Positions 1 through 10,318 are shown, counted from the stretch's first letter. The stretch is DNA of 64,000 nt from an uncultured virus (IMG/VR IMGVR_UViG_3300047548_000593) (IMGVR_UViG_3300047548_000593), one strand, 5' to 3'. Translations and numbers: made by a program. Notes: generated by a model from the sequence alone, not told the origin.

Positions 1-41
1 GTACTGCTGGAGGCGGCAGCGGCTGCCGCCTCCAGCAGTAC
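1..41. repeat. perfect 20-bp inverted repeat at sequence end
   Basis: Bases 1-20 GTACTGCTGGAGGCGGCAGC are the exact reverse complement of 22-41, with a 1-nt loop. Confidence 0.95.
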
Positions 42-462
42 CGTTCCAGTTAATACCTAGATGATTTACACCAGCTGCCTTAACGTACAATGACATTGTG
101 TAGGTACTGCCACTTGTGACTGAAATACTTCCCGGACTTACTAAATAGTGCTGTGCGTTTGAAGCTGTAGCAATAATCTTGTCTGCTAGAGAAGTTCCAG
201 CAGGATCTACGCCAGCGTTGGCAGATACAGTCACATTGGCACCAGACCAAATAACTGTAAAATTCTCTGACCAAAGCATTAGATTCGTAGCTGCGGCTTC
301 TAGAAAAACACCTGAATACTCTTTTGTAAATGGGTCATGCGTAAATCTAACTTCATCAGTTGTAGCCGTTTTTAAAAGACCAGTTGAATCATAATAGGTG
401 CCATTAGAAGCCCTTGTGATAGAACCAGCAGTTGTTACTTTGTCAGGCTTTACTACCTTCAT
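1..462 (-). CDS. tail/fibre-associated virion protein, truncated at window edge
   Basis: Open frame from ATG at 462 (MKVVKPDKVTTAGSITRASNGTYYDSTGLLKTA...RFTHDP...GVFLEAAATNL) to position 1, with RBS GGAG. Resembles phage spike/fibre N-terminal repeats. Confidence 0.65.
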   Translation of the reverse strand, partial: MKVVKPDKVTTAGSITRASNGTYYDSTGLLKTATTDEVRFTHDPFTKEYSGVFLEAAATNLMLWSENFTVIWSGANVTVSANAGVDPAGTSLADKIIATASNAQHYLVSPGSISVTSGSTYTMSLYVKAAGVNHLGINWNGTAGGGSRCRLQQY

Positions 463-472
463 AAGCTCTCCA

Positions 473-919
473 TTAACCTAAAATTTGAACTGTTATATTA
501 GCTGAATTAGCTGTTGTTCCGTTTTCGATGCAGATAATTCGACAAGAGGTTGTTGTCCTGTTTACAATATCTTCATACACAGCGGAATTTGTATTATTAC
601 TATTTTGCTTTGTAACAAGCACGCCATAGTTTGTATTGGCTTTAGCTGCAAAGTTGATCTGATAAACACCAGTTGAAACAGCACTAATACTTGTAATACC
701 AGAGCTTCCTCTGATTGTCATAGTACTACCGTTGAAGTTAACCCACTGAAGACTAGATGCCTCTGATAGTTTAGCCATTGGTTCATATGTATTTGTAGAA
801 GTAGCTACAGCTAGTCTATTTTGATCTGTAACAAGAAGGGGTTCCCCCTGAAGGAAACCCCCTTGTGTTGCAACAGCATCAAGATTAGCTTTAGTACCTC
901 TCTTTACTCTGATACTCAA
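473..919 (-). CDS. small tail-associated protein with Mtd-N/hyaluronidase-N-like N-terminus
   Basis: IRVKRGT...QGEPLLVTDQNRLAV motif; lies directly after the tape measure gene. Confidence 0.6.
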   Translation of the reverse strand: MSIRVKRGTKANLDAVATQGGFLQGEPLLVTDQNRLAVATSTNTYEPMAKLSEASSLQWVNFNGSTMTIRGSSGITSISAVSTGVYQINFAAKANTNYGVLVTKQNSNNTNSAVYEDIVNRTTTSCRIICIENGTTANSANITVQILG

Positions 920-3900
920 ACTACACCTCCGTCTAATGTACCACTAATAGAAACAGTCTCACCATCCTGAACAACTCTGTCTAGGATACGACTTGTCTTT
1001 GAGTTAGCAGCAACATCTGCTCTTACCTCTGCACGTAGAAGTTGGACTTCACCGATTAGGGTTTTTAGCAGTGTCTCGTTGCCACTGTTGCCTGATAGAA
1101 TAGCAGCAGTCTGTCCTGCATTGAAGATTCGACTTGGGCCTGTAGCTTCTAGCTCTGGGCCGTTTTCACCTACAATACGTAGACCACCAGCATGATCGCC
1201 ACCAGTAGCAAAAGCAGGAACGCTTAAACCTAGGGCAGATAGCGTATCAGTTAGAGAAGTAGCTAGTCTAGCTCTTGTGAAAGCGATATCCATTGAGCTT
1301 GTAGCAGTCAGCTTTACAGCCTCTTCAATAGCTTGAGTAAACTCAGGTAGCTTATTGAGTGCAGATGTATCGCCAGCTCTCGCTTGTGCAGTTAGGATAG
1401 CGAATTGGCTTTCTAGAGAAGCTAGGTTACCACCTTGAGTAGTAGCACCTCTCAAGCGCTTAATCTCTTCGACTACGCTTGTTGAAGCATCCTTAAGAGC
1501 CTCTGAAAGTGCCCCTGTGCTATCAGAGATACTTGCCATAGCCTTATCAAGCTCATTAAAGCCCTTAGAAAGGTTTAGAATAGCCGCTAGCTGTGCATTG
1601 TTACCGCTTGCCTTAACAGTGTCTACAAGCTCTCTAAAAGCCTCCTTAGACGCTGGCAGCTCGTAACCAAGATCTGCAAAAGCCTTTGTCATCTGACGAG
1701 TGCTTACTGCAACTCTTTCATTATCAGAGAAGAAGTTCTCATAATAATAAGCTAGAATTGTCTGCATTGACTCTAGGCCACCAAACGCATCTGCAAGAGC
1801 TTGAGCAGCATCAGCACCAGCTAGACTTACATCAAACAGCTTGAAACCGAGTAGATCAAAAGCAGCGTTAGTTGTAGTCAGAGCACTAGATAATCTTGTT
1901 AGAGTCTCTAAAGCTGTTTCATTACCGACAGAATACTCATCTGTAGTAATAATTAACTTAGCCATTCCTTCTTGGACTTTCTTGAACTCATCAGCAAGTT
2001 TCTGCTGAATCTGATCTTCTGAAAGACCCATAGTACTGATCTTGATGTCTTGTGTATAGTTAACAAGAGCATCAGCCTGTTGGCCTACGCTAGTAGCTAG
2101 TGTAGCAATCTGAGTACGGAAAGCATTAAACTGTTCGCCTAAGCTACGCTGAATACCTGAATCAAGAGTACCAAGTTTTGTCTTGTCGCTTCTGAACCAG
2201 CCACCCTTCATAAACTGAAAGGTATTACCAGCAAAGCCTTGATCGCCACCGAAAGTACCTTGGATACCTACGTCCTTTAGCTTAGTGCCGAAAGCTCTGT
2301 TTACTAGACCAGAGACTACACCACCAATTGGGCCAAAGAAAGCAGAAGCAATTGTTCCAGCAATGTCAACCAAGTCGCCTAAACCAGTCTTGTAACCGTT
2401 ACCAATGGCTTTACTTAGGCCATAACCTGCAACAACGTTACCACCAATCTGCAAGCCTTTGCTTAACATTGAACCAGTGTTTGTTAGACCAGTGATGCCA
2501 CTTGCTGGATCTACAGAGCTTAGTCCCAGCTTCTGACCAAAAGAGCTTGTAGCTAATTTACCAAAAGATGTAGCAATACCGTTAGATACTGAGTTATTCA
2601 GAGCAGAGAAGAAACTTCCTACGCTGCCCAGTGTACTCATTGCACCAGAAGCATTTGTACCAAGTGAACCACCGGGGGAACCACCCATGAAGTTCTTCAT
2701 GAAGTCGCCACCGATGTTATTTACAATAGCATCAATAACGATTGTAAGCGGCTTACGAAGTTGTTCTCTTAGCTTGTTGCGAATAATATCAGCACCACGA
2801 CTTCCACCAGCCATTAGAGCATCAACCAGAGTACCAGTGATCTCGGCCTTAGCTTCATCCCACTTCTGCTTGTAGTAAGCAATAGCAGCATCAATACCAG
2901 CTTGTTCAGCATAGGTTGTCTGCTTGATTCTTGCCTGTGCAGCCTTGAGCATAGCATCTTCAGCTACTTTTCTTGCAGCAACAATCTGTGCAGATGTAGC
3001 GTCAGGATTGAATTCAATATCAATCATAGCTTGTTGAGCTTCTTCTGCCATCTTTGCAAGGTTGCTGACTGTAGGAATCATTCCCTTGTATGCTTCAGTT
3101 GTAGCCTTAATTCTAGCTGCTTCATCGCCAGAAACATCCTTTAGCTTTTCAGCTAAATCTACTTCTTCTTTTCTCTTTGCGATTAAGTCGTCTTGACCTT
3201 TGATGAAATCCTCGTAGATCTTGGTTGTACTTTGTACAACACCCTTTAGGATATCCAGAGCAGCAATACTACGTGCATCAGCTACAGATACAATTCGTTC
3301 TCTTGTGTCACCAAGTGTTTCTCTTAGTGCAGCAAAAGCTCTCTGAACGTTCTCAACTGCTTTTGTGTAGTTGGATAGGTTCTCGTCCTTTAGATCAGGG
3401 CGAGCAATATTAGCTCTTTGATATTCTTTGGCTAGGGCCAGAATAGATTGAGCTTCAAGCTCTTGTGTTCGATTGTTAAATCTATCAAGCTCTTCTAGGC
3501 GCTTTGTTTCAGACTCTCTGATGAGTCTTTCTTCTTCTTCTAGGTAGCTTGAGCGATCTTTCAAACCTAGCTCGTAGTACAGCTTATTGATAGCTAGCTT
3601 GTCCTTATTCAGGGCTTCTAGTCTTCTCATTTCGCTGTCAAAGACTTTCTGTTCTGTCTGTAGAGTATTGTCAGTTAGGTTTCTGAAACCAGATCCCTTT
3701 TTCTCTTCCTTCTTAGTAAACTTTTCTCTATATTCAGCCTGTAGCTTTAAGATTTCTGCTTCAGTCTTACCGGCCTTAATACCAGATTCACGAATCTTTA
3801 AAAGTTCAGCTTGAATCTTCTGCTCGTCGCTAAGAACCTTGTTCTTATACTCTTGCCAAACACCTTCACCTTCTGCTCTTGTTGCTCTTTGTGACTCTAG

Positions 3901-6318
3901 GGTATTAGTCATAGCTAGAAGTTTCATCTGCTCTTTAAGATTTTCAATCCGAGCCTCTTCTTGAGCAATAAAAGCCTGCCGGTTTGAGCTACGCATGTCA
4001 CCTTTTTTAAGGTTTGCTAGTCGCTCTTCAGCATTTTTTAGTTGTACGTCTAGAGGGTCTTTTGCACCCCAACCCATCACAGTGCTTCTAAAGCTACTCC
4101 AAAGGCTCTTAAGACTGTCGATAACTGTTCTCCAAGCTCTCTCTAGGTAGCCTGCATCGTTAGCAATCTGCTGAACAACCATGTTGTTAACTTTAGCCAT
4201 TTCCTTTGTGGCAATAGCAGCAGCTTCGGTTACTCGCCCTTGGCGTTCTAAGCTAGCAACCAGAGCAATAACTTCTGGATTTACTTTGCCTGTAGCAGCG
4301 GCCAGTTGTACAAGACCTTCAAAAGGCTTTTCACCTAGATCTTTGAATTTCTTAATTGTGTCATCTAGAGCAGTACCTGCATATTTCTGCATGTCTAGTG
4401 CAGACTTGATTACTAGGTCATTATTCTCTTTTGCAGTATAGCCTGCTTTAGCCATAGCTGTGATAGCGTCAAGATATTTGACTGCACTACCACCAGTTTT
4501 CTCAAGAGCTAGAGCATACTGAACAGCTTGATCTTTATTCATCTGCAATGCACCACCAGTGGTAGCTAGTGCAATTGAAAGCTCCTTCTGTTGCTTCCAG
4601 TTTTGATACATTGCTACACCGACACCGACAATAGCAGCACCAAGAGCAGCTAATACGCCGCCTGTTAGTGAAGCAGCAGCTCTGGATACAATAGAGAATG
4701 CTCTAGACAGAAGACCGCCTGAAGTTGCATTGTCATTCATTGTCTTAGACAGTTTACCTAGTACACCATCTAAACCTGTGACTTGCATTGCAAAATCGTT
4801 AAAGGCTTTGCCTGAAGATTGAATAGCTCCGATTAAGAAACCACCAATAGCTTTACCAGTATCTCTAAATGAAGTCGCAATCTGAATAGCAGCAGTGCTC
4901 ATCGCTTTTTCTAGTTGCTTACCGCTAGCGCCAGCTTGCTGAATAGCACCACGAATCTGATCACCCTGCTGGATCATGACCAGTAGAGGGTTCATACCAG
5001 AAGCTAATGAAATAGCAACGTCACCCATCTGTACAGAGATAGCACGAGACAGATACTCAAGTCTTTGAGCTTGCTCCTTAGAGCCGATAGCTTCAAACTT
5101 TTCTTTAGCTACAGCCATCTTAGCAGCAACCTGCTCGGCTGACATACCAGTAGCTTTCAGAGCGTTCTGGTACTTTACCAAAGCGTCTGTAGCTCTCTTG
5201 TTTAAACCTGCATTTGTTTCATCCAGAGCAGCAGCTAAACGCTGATCTACTTCTGTGATGTATTTATTAGCAGCAGCTAGGCTTCTAGCAGCCCTTGCAG
5301 CTTCATCTTTGGCCTTCGCTTCTCGGATATAGCTGTCAATGGCTTCTTGAGGTACGCCACGCATTTGCATAGTAGCGGCTGTATTAGCTGTACCTTTTGA
5401 TACCCCTTGCTGTGCATAGCTAGCAACTAGTCTTTCCTTATTTGCTTTATCTTCAGCAATAGCAGCTTGTTTTGCGCTCTTCTCTAGTTCGACGTAGTAG
5501 TTACGCATCGCATCTAGTTCTGCATTACGCTGACCTACGCTATCAGCCCAGTTCTTCATTCTGTAAGCCTGAACTTGTCTCTCTGCTCTTTCGAGTTCCT
5601 TCTGAGCAGCAGCCTGAGCTTCTAAAGCAGCCTTAGCTTCTTTGTTGCGGAGCTTTTCAGCTTCCTTCTGTGCGTTTACAGCTTGGGCATTGACTAGGTA
5701 AAGATGTTGCTGATCTTGTAGTTTTCTGTTAAACTCTTCAAGACCTTTACCTGAATTTGGATCTAGACCGCCAGCAGAAATCTTACCTTTGATTTCATTA
5801 GCGATTCTTGAGTACTCAGCTAATTGCTTATTGGTTAGGAAGATTCCCTGTTCAGCTAGCTTAGACCGATTTGTTAGTGCATCGAGTTCTTGAGTAATAG
5901 AACGAACAGAACCAATAGCAGAGTCAAAAGGATCTTTAGATAAGCCACGAATCTTCTCTAGCATATCCATAAAGGGCTTTAGCTGAGAGCTTGAAGCACC
6001 TAGATTTCTAGCTGTAGTTAGAATACTGGATTCCCACTTAGTAGAACCCTGTGCAAGATCTGTGTAGAGGGTTCCTAAACGGTTCAGGAGCTTTTCTAAG
6101 GGGTCTACCTTAGTCTTGACCTCTTCGGAGGCTTTGGCGGCTTCCTTAGAGGCTTTAGCAGCCTTCTGTTGGGCCTGAGCTACTTGTTCGCTCTTCTTCT
6201 CTAGCTCTTGAATAGGCTTGTTTAATTTATCAACGGCTGTGCCTAACTGTTGCAAATCGCCAACAGCTTTCTTAACATCGTCAGTATTGATTACAAATTT
6301 TAACTCTTGTAAATCCAT
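916..6318 (-). CDS. tail tape measure protein
   Basis: 1800 aa, Ala-rich coiled coil; lambda-type TMP motif QMGDVAISLASGMNPLLVMIQQGDQIR; C-terminal FATGG...GENGPEL; follows the tail chaperones. Confidence 0.93.
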   Translation of the reverse strand: MDLQELKFVINTDDVKKAVGDLQQLGTAVDKLNKPIQELEKKSEQVAQAQQKAAKASKEAAKASEEVKTKVDPLEKLLNRLGTLYTDLAQGSTKWESSILTTARNLGASSSQLKPFMDMLEKIRGLSKDPFDSAIGSVRSITQELDALTNRSKLAEQGIFLTNKQLAEYSRIANEIKGKISAGGLDPNSGKGLEEFNRKLQDQQHLYLVNAQAVNAQKEAEKLRNKEAKAALEAQAAAQKELERAERQVQAYRMKNWADSVGQRNAELDAMRNYYVELEKSAKQAAIAEDKANKERLVASYAQQGVSKGTANTAATMQMRGVPQEAIDSYIREAKAKDEAARAARSLAAANKYITEVDQRLAAALDETNAGLNKRATDALVKYQNALKATGMSAEQVAAKMAVAKEKFEAIGSKEQAQRLEYLSRAISVQMGDVAISLASGMNPLLVMIQQGDQIRGAIQQAGASGKQLEKAMSTAAIQIATSFRDTGKAIGGFLIGAIQSSGKAFNDFAMQVTGLDGVLGKLSKTMNDNATSGGLLSRAFSIVSRAAASLTGGVLAALGAAIVGVGVAMYQNWKQQKELSIALATTGGALQMNKDQAVQYALALEKTGGSAVKYLDAITAMAKAGYTAKENNDLVIKSALDMQKYAGTALDDTIKKFKDLGEKPFEGLVQLAAATGKVNPEVIALVASLERQGRVTEAAAIATKEMAKVNNMVVQQIANDAGYLERAWRTVIDSLKSLWSSFRSTVMGWGAKDPLDVQLKNAEERLANLKKGDMRSSNRQAFIAQEEARIENLKEQMKLLAMTNTLESQRATRAEGEGVWQEYKNKVLSDEQKIQAELLKIRESGIKAGKTEAEILKLQAEYREKFTKKEEKKGSGFRNLTDNTLQTEQKVFDSEMRRLEALNKDKLAINKLYYELGLKDRSSYLEEEERLIRESETKRLEELDRFNNRTQELEAQSILALAKEYQRANIARPDLKDENLSNYTKAVENVQRAFAALRETLGDTRERIVSVADARSIAALDILKGVVQSTTKIYEDFIKGQDDLIAKRKEEVDLAEKLKDVSGDEAARIKATTEAYKGMIPTVSNLAKMAEEAQQAMIDIEFNPDATSAQIVAARKVAEDAMLKAAQARIKQTTYAEQAGIDAAIAYYKQKWDEAKAEITGTLVDALMAGGSRGADIIRNKLREQLRKPLTIVIDAIVNNIGGDFMKNFMGGSPGGSLGTNASGAMSTLGSVGSFFSALNNSVSNGIATSFGKLATSSFGQKLGLSSVDPASGITGLTNTGSMLSKGLQIGGNVVAGYGLSKAIGNGYKTGLGDLVDIAGTIASAFFGPIGGVVSGLVNRAFGTKLKDVGIQGTFGGDQGFAGNTFQFMKGGWFRSDKTKLGTLDSGIQRSLGEQFNAFRTQIATLATSVGQQADALVNYTQDIKISTMGLSEDQIQQKLADEFKKVQEGMAKLIITTDEYSVGNETALETLTRLSSALTTTNAAFDLLGFKLFDVSLAGADAAQALADAFGGLESMQTILAYYYENFFSDNERVAVSTRQMTKAFADLGYELPASKEAFRELVDTVKASGNNAQLAAILNLSKGFNELDKAMASISDSTGALSEALKDASTSVVEEIKRLRGATTQGGNLASLESQFAILTAQARAGDTSALNKLPEFTQAIEEAVKLTATSSMDIAFTRARLATSLTDTLSALGLSVPAFATGGDHAGGLRIVGENGPELEATGPSRIFNAGQTAAILSGNSGNETLLKTLIGEVQLLRAEVRADVAANSKTSRILDRVVQDGETVSISGTLDGGVV

Positions 6319-6376
6319 AGGGGTTCTCCTAGTATATGGAAACTTTTATGCTTGACAACTAGCTAATTATCAAACA

Positions 6377-6400
6377 TAAAAGCCCTCGGCTAGAGGGCAA
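6377..6400 (-). terminator. intrinsic terminator after tail chaperone genes
   Basis: GCCCTC-TAGCC-GAGGGC-TTTT on the minus strand. Confidence 0.65.
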
Positions 6401-6790
6401 TTATTTCTTAGACGCTTCCTGCTTTTTACGTTCTTTTTCCATTTGTTTGGCTGATAAGTCTAATACTTCATGATCGAACCTACGAAGCAATTGCACTTCC
6501 CAATCATCTGGTTCAACGCTTGCCAAATCAAAATAGCTCTTTATCTCTGAAAAACTAATAGGGTTTGGGCCAAACCCATTTGAACTTCTTGTGCTATGAA
6601 GATCTAAGAACCAATTCCATACCTGTCTACAACTATCAGGTAGTTCAAGCAACTCTTCAAGTTCTTTAGGCTTTCTGCCTGTCTGCTGCCAGACAACTTT
6701 TAGTTGATCTCTTACCGTAGAACCATCTCTGGTTCTCTCTGATAGTTGAAATTCTTGCTTACAGAATTGTACAGCTTGGGTTATCTCTTC
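6401..6790 (-). CDS. tail assembly chaperone C-terminal (gpT-like) frame, probably reached by frameshift
   Basis: Frame is open from the end of the upstream chaperone (FDPEEITQAVQFCK...VWNWFLDLHSTRSSNGFGPNPISFSEIKSY) with no ATG or RBS near its start. Confidence 0.75.
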   Translation of the reverse strand, partial: EEITQAVQFCKQEFQLSERTRDGSTVRDQLKVVWQQTGRKPKELEELLELPDSCRQVWNWFLDLHSTRSSNGFGPNPISFSEIKSYFDLASVEPDDWEVQLLRRFDHEVLDLSAKQMEKERKKQEASKK

Positions 6791-7199
6791 AGGGTCGAAA
6801 ATTAAGAATCTGTGCAGACTCTTCTAGAACAGCTTCACGAATCCAAGGGTGCTCCTTAAACACACGAGTAGCGTTCTCTTGATTGAACTCTACAGGCTTG
6901 CCGTTTTCAGTAATATTCTTCCAGCCGATAACACGAACGATAGCTGACTCGATAGCAAGATCTTCTGCTTCTTCTAGAGTCATGTCTTCGACTTCCTTGC
7001 CACGGCGCTTTGCTTGCTGCTCTTTCAGACGAAACTCTGAGTACTTCTTACGAGCGTAAGCCTTTACAGTCTTTGATTGATCACCACGAACCTTGATTAG
7101 TACACCAGTGCCTTCACCAGTACCGGGCATCTTTAGTTCGAACTCGTAACCTTCTTCTGCGACTTCAGCTAGGTTGTTTTTTGCTAGATCAAATGACAT
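6789..7199 (-). CDS. tail assembly chaperone (gpG-like)
   Basis: MSFDLAKNN start with RBS AAAGGA; lies between tail tube and TMP; ends NFRP-TGA. Confidence 0.85.
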   Translation of the reverse strand: MSFDLAKNNLAEVAEEGYEFELKMPGTGEGTGVLIKVRGDQSKTVKAYARKKYSEFRLKEQQAKRRGKEVEDMTLEEAEDLAIESAIVRVIGWKNITENGKPVEFNQENATRVFKEHPWIREAVLEESAQILNFRP

Positions 7200-7245
7200 C
7201 TTCTTTCCTTTCTTGTTGTTGAACATATTTGTTGTTTGAATAAAC

Positions 7246-7274
7246 ATTATATCACAATTTCAATAGAAAATCAA
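7246..7274 (-). promoter_or_regulatory. sigma70-like promoter TTGATT-17-TATAAT with extended TG
   Basis: CTTGATTTTCTATTGAAATTGTGATATAAT; near-copy of the promoter at 13929-13957. Confidence 0.7.
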
Positions 7275-7289
7275 GATGTACAGACAAAG

Positions 7290-7320
7290 AAAAAGCCCTT
7301 GGCTTTTAAACCAAGGGCTT
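7290..7320 (-). terminator. intrinsic terminator after tail tube gene
   Basis: AAGCCCTTGG-loop-CCAAGGGCTT followed by a T-tract on the minus strand. Confidence 0.8.
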
Positions 7321-7334
7321 GATCCTTTAGCAGA

Positions 7335-8546
7335 TTAGACTAGTGTAGAGTCTTGGATCTGTACTGTAGTGGCAGGTAGACCACCAGTTGTTACGTCATT
7401 TAGTAGAGCTTGGAAGCTGGTTGAAGCAACTAGACCTAGTTCACCGTCATCCTTAGCGAAGCTACCTAGCTTAACCTTTGGTAGAGTGAAGCTAACGAAT
7501 GAAGCTGTGTTCTCTGAACCAGTGGTTAGGGCTAGAACGATTGAAACAGGGGTTTCGTCGTCGTAGTAGTTACGGAATGTAGCATCTTGGAAGTATACGC
7601 TTAGGTTACCGCTAGCACGAATACGACCTAGGAAAATTTCAGCGATAGAGTTTGAACCTACAGCTGTAGCGTTTTCCATAGCACGCTCTACAGTGAAGTC
7701 AGCAGAAGTTACTAGACCTACGGGTTGACCAGCTACAACTAGAGCACCTGATACAGCAGCGAAAATACCGTCTGAACCTTGAGCAGTTGGGCTTGTGAAG
7801 TACTGTGTAGTGCCCTTGGATGATAGATCCTTACCCATGAAGCTGAAGTCTACGGTTGTTAGACCAGTAGCAGGTAGCTGAACAGCCATTGAACCTACAC
7901 GCATACCAGCGAATACTTCTGATTGTGTAATGTCTTGGAACCACTGTTCAATGGTAAATGAATCTTCAGTGTGACCAGATGTAGGAACGAAAGTTGCCTT
8001 GCCGGGAACAGCTACTGTTACAGAAGCGATTGGGCCTTCGGCTACTAGAGCTGTGTTGTTGAGAACGTCTACGGTTAGGACAGTAGAAGTCATACCGATA
8101 ACTAGAAGGTTCTTGTTGGCGTTTGAAGCGTTTAGCGTACCGCCTGACATACGAATAACCATGCCGACTTTTAGACCGCTGGTTAGCCAATCACCAGTTG
8201 AACGGGTAACTGTATATGTAGGGCCAGAACCTGCGACAGTTACTGAAAGACCTGTTACTGAAGTTACAGCAGCGAAGTCCTTGCCGACTACAGCTTGCAT
8301 GAAGTCTGCATAGCTGTTAGGTGAAAGTTCACCGCTTAGTGTACCTTCGGCAGAACGAACACCGTGACGGAAGTCAGCTACCTGACGGTCTGTACGGATT
8401 TCGTTTGATTCGTAAGTTTCTTTAGTTAGGTTGAAGTCAGCAGTTACACGACGAAGTTGTTTAGCGCCAGAAGCACCTGCTAGTGTACCCCAAGTTGTTT
8501 CCTTCTTGAAAGCAACGACTTTTGCTACGCCTTTTGAAATAGCCAT
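7335..8546 (-). CDS. major tail tube protein
   Basis: KETTWGT...ESNEIRTDRQVADFRHG...GELS motif of siphophage tail tube proteins; gene position; strong terminator follows. Confidence 0.88.
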   Translation of the reverse strand: MAISKGVAKVVAFKKETTWGTLAGASGAKQLRRVTADFNLTKETYESNEIRTDRQVADFRHGVRSAEGTLSGELSPNSYADFMQAVVGKDFAAVTSVTGLSVTVAGSGPTYTVTRSTGDWLTSGLKVGMVIRMSGGTLNASNANKNLLVIGMTSTVLTVDVLNNTALVAEGPIASVTVAVPGKATFVPTSGHTEDSFTIEQWFQDITQSEVFAGMRVGSMAVQLPATGLTTVDFSFMGKDLSSKGTTQYFTSPTAQGSDGIFAAVSGALVVAGQPVGLVTSADFTVERAMENATAVGSNSIAEIFLGRIRASGNLSVYFQDATFRNYYDDETPVSIVLALTTGSENTASFVSFTLPKVKLGSFAKDDGELGLVASTSFQALLNDVTTGGLPATTVQIQDSTLV

Positions 8547-8611
8547 ATTATTTTCTCCAAATTAAATGTTTCATTTGCAAATGAACTGAATTTAGGTTTC
8601 AGCAGACCGTT

Positions 8612-9022
8612 TTAATTAGAATATACCTCTGCAACAAATTGAATGAAGACAGGGCATACAACTCTATCAGCAGCAACTGAAACTCCAGCTACTTGTGGTG
8701 TTCTCAGAATGTGCATTCTGACATTTCCTTCGGTCATAGTAAGACCTTTTGGGAAATGCGATCTAATAAGTTCTGCGCGGCTTAAAACCTCGGCAGAGCC
8801 TTTATTTAATAGACCAGCAACAAAGACTTGCATTGTCACTAATTCTCTGTGGAAGCCTGTACCAAGAACAGGATCTTCAGGTGGGCTTACAATGAACTGA
8901 ACTCGTTGATACATTGCATTCTCTGGTGGAGTAAAACTAACTCCCTCCCAGCCTGTAGCAACTGTAGGTGTCAAAGCATTTAGTCTTCGTTCAGCAGCTC
9001 TCTTAACTTCTATAATAGCCAT
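8612..9022 (-). CDS. tail terminator / tail completion protein
   Basis: 136 aa, WEGVSFTPP motif, immediately upstream of the tail tube gene. Confidence 0.7.
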   Translation of the reverse strand: MAIIEVKRAAERRLNALTPTVATGWEGVSFTPPENAMYQRVQFIVSPPEDPVLGTGFHRELVTMQVFVAGLLNKGSAEVLSRAELIRSHFPKGLTMTEGNVRMHILRTPQVAGVSVAADRVVCPVFIQFVAEVYSN

Positions 9023-9040
9023 TAGTTATAACCTCTTCTC

Positions 9041-9547
9041 TTACGCCTGAAATAAGAACCTACCTAAATCAGTAGCTTGAATATTCATCAGGTCTTCTAT
9101 TGTAGGTGCAATAATACCTTGACCTTCTGTTTGAGGTGAAGTATTCTGTTCTAGGTTTCTGATGTAAGGGCCAAGGTTACTAATCAGGATTTCGTCTCCA
9201 AGCTCATAGGAAGCTACGTTAGCTTGAGCAGCAGAGATAGCTCTACCACCAGCAGCCATGCCATAGAACTCTTGGAAATCAATAGTACCATCGACAGACA
9301 GTCTCCAAGAGCCTCTTGCAAAGCCTCGATATGGCTGCAAACCATAGGACTGAGAATCAGGATCAGTTTCCCGTAAACGATACAGGAACTGAAATCTTCT
9401 ATGATCACCGATAGGGGTATTTTCGACAGCTCTTGCAACTGCTGTCATTGCCAAATGGCTTACCATCCTGCGACTATTCTTTTCAACTTTTTTAGAAATA
9501 TCTTCTAACTGCTTTTTTAATCCAGAAATATCGCAAGAGACTTTCAT
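9041..9547 (-). CDS. neck/tail completion protein (HK97 gp10-like)
   Basis: NTPIGD...GFARGSW...ISNLGPYIRNLE motif. Confidence 0.7.
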   Translation of the reverse strand: MKVSCDISGLKKQLEDISKKVEKNSRRMVSHLAMTAVARAVENTPIGDHRRFQFLYRLRETDPDSQSYGLQPYRGFARGSWRLSVDGTIDFQEFYGMAAGGRAISAAQANVASYELGDEILISNLGPYIRNLEQNTSPQTEGQGIIAPTIEDLMNIQATDLGRFLFQA

Positions 9548-9548
9548 A

Positions 9549-9905
9549 TTAACCTCGTACAGAAGCTAGCTTATAAAGCACAATCTGATTTCTTGCTCTA
9601 TGCTCTGAAATGCTCTCTACGTTGTATGTTACACCAGAGATAATAAATTTGTCTCGTACAGCAGGAGCGAAAGTAAGTGCATTACCAGCTAAGTAGATTA
9701 CAGCAGCGTCTTTACCAATCAGGTCTGGATACTGATACTGATTAGCAGAGATATGTCTCTTATAGATCCTGACTGTATAGGAAGTTTCGGTATTGGTAAC
9801 AGAGCCTGTCTCTACGTTGTATGAACCCTCTACTACGCGAACGTATGTAGCATCTTCACCGTGTCTTTTTAGTTTATCAACTACAGATGCAAGGAATGGA
9901 TTCAT
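9549..9905 (-). CDS. head closure (stopper) protein
   Basis: GSYNVETG motif; ATG at 9905 with RBS GAGGT; position in neck genes. Confidence 0.65.
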   Translation of the reverse strand: MNPFLASVVDKLKRHGEDATYVRVVEGSYNVETGSVTNTETSYTVRIYKRHISANQYQYPDLIGKDAAVIYLAGNALTFAPAVRDKFIISGVTYNVESISEHRARNQIVLYKLASVRG

Positions 9906-9913
9906 CTTACACC

Positions 9914-10318
9914 TCAAATATCAAAATAACCTGTAGGAGGTCTATTAGGATCTTCAGTTGGTTTTTGAACAATGTTGTTGTCTAGGTTAGCATCATTGGT
10001 AGTCATGTCGCTAACACTAATACCTCCAGCATATGGAGTAACAGTGTCATAGATCTTGTTAAGATCAGGATTTGTAATGTACATCTGTAGAGCTTGCATA
10101 TACGTTCTTGCAGATGCAGCACCACGGATGCTAAAAATATCTACAGATTCGTCTGTACGCATAGCTAGCTTAAGCATGATTGATTTTGCACAATCAAGGC
10201 AAGCTCTACGAATAGACCAATCGTTCTTGTCTAGGAAATACCGAATCTCGTCATCTGACAAAATTGGAAATGTAGGATCTGTATCTCCTAATTCGATTCT
10301 TACAGCTTTAATAGTCAT
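9914..10318 (-). CDS. head-tail adaptor
   Basis: VRIELGDTD...LSDDEIRYFL motif; first gene after the major capsid. Confidence 0.75.
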   Translation of the reverse strand: MTIKAVRIELGDTDPTFPILSDDEIRYFLDKNDWSIRRACLDCAKSIMLKLAMRTDESVDIFSIRGAASARTYMQALQMYITNPDLNKIYDTVTPYAGGISVSDMTTNDANLDNNIVQKPTEDPNRPPTGYFDI

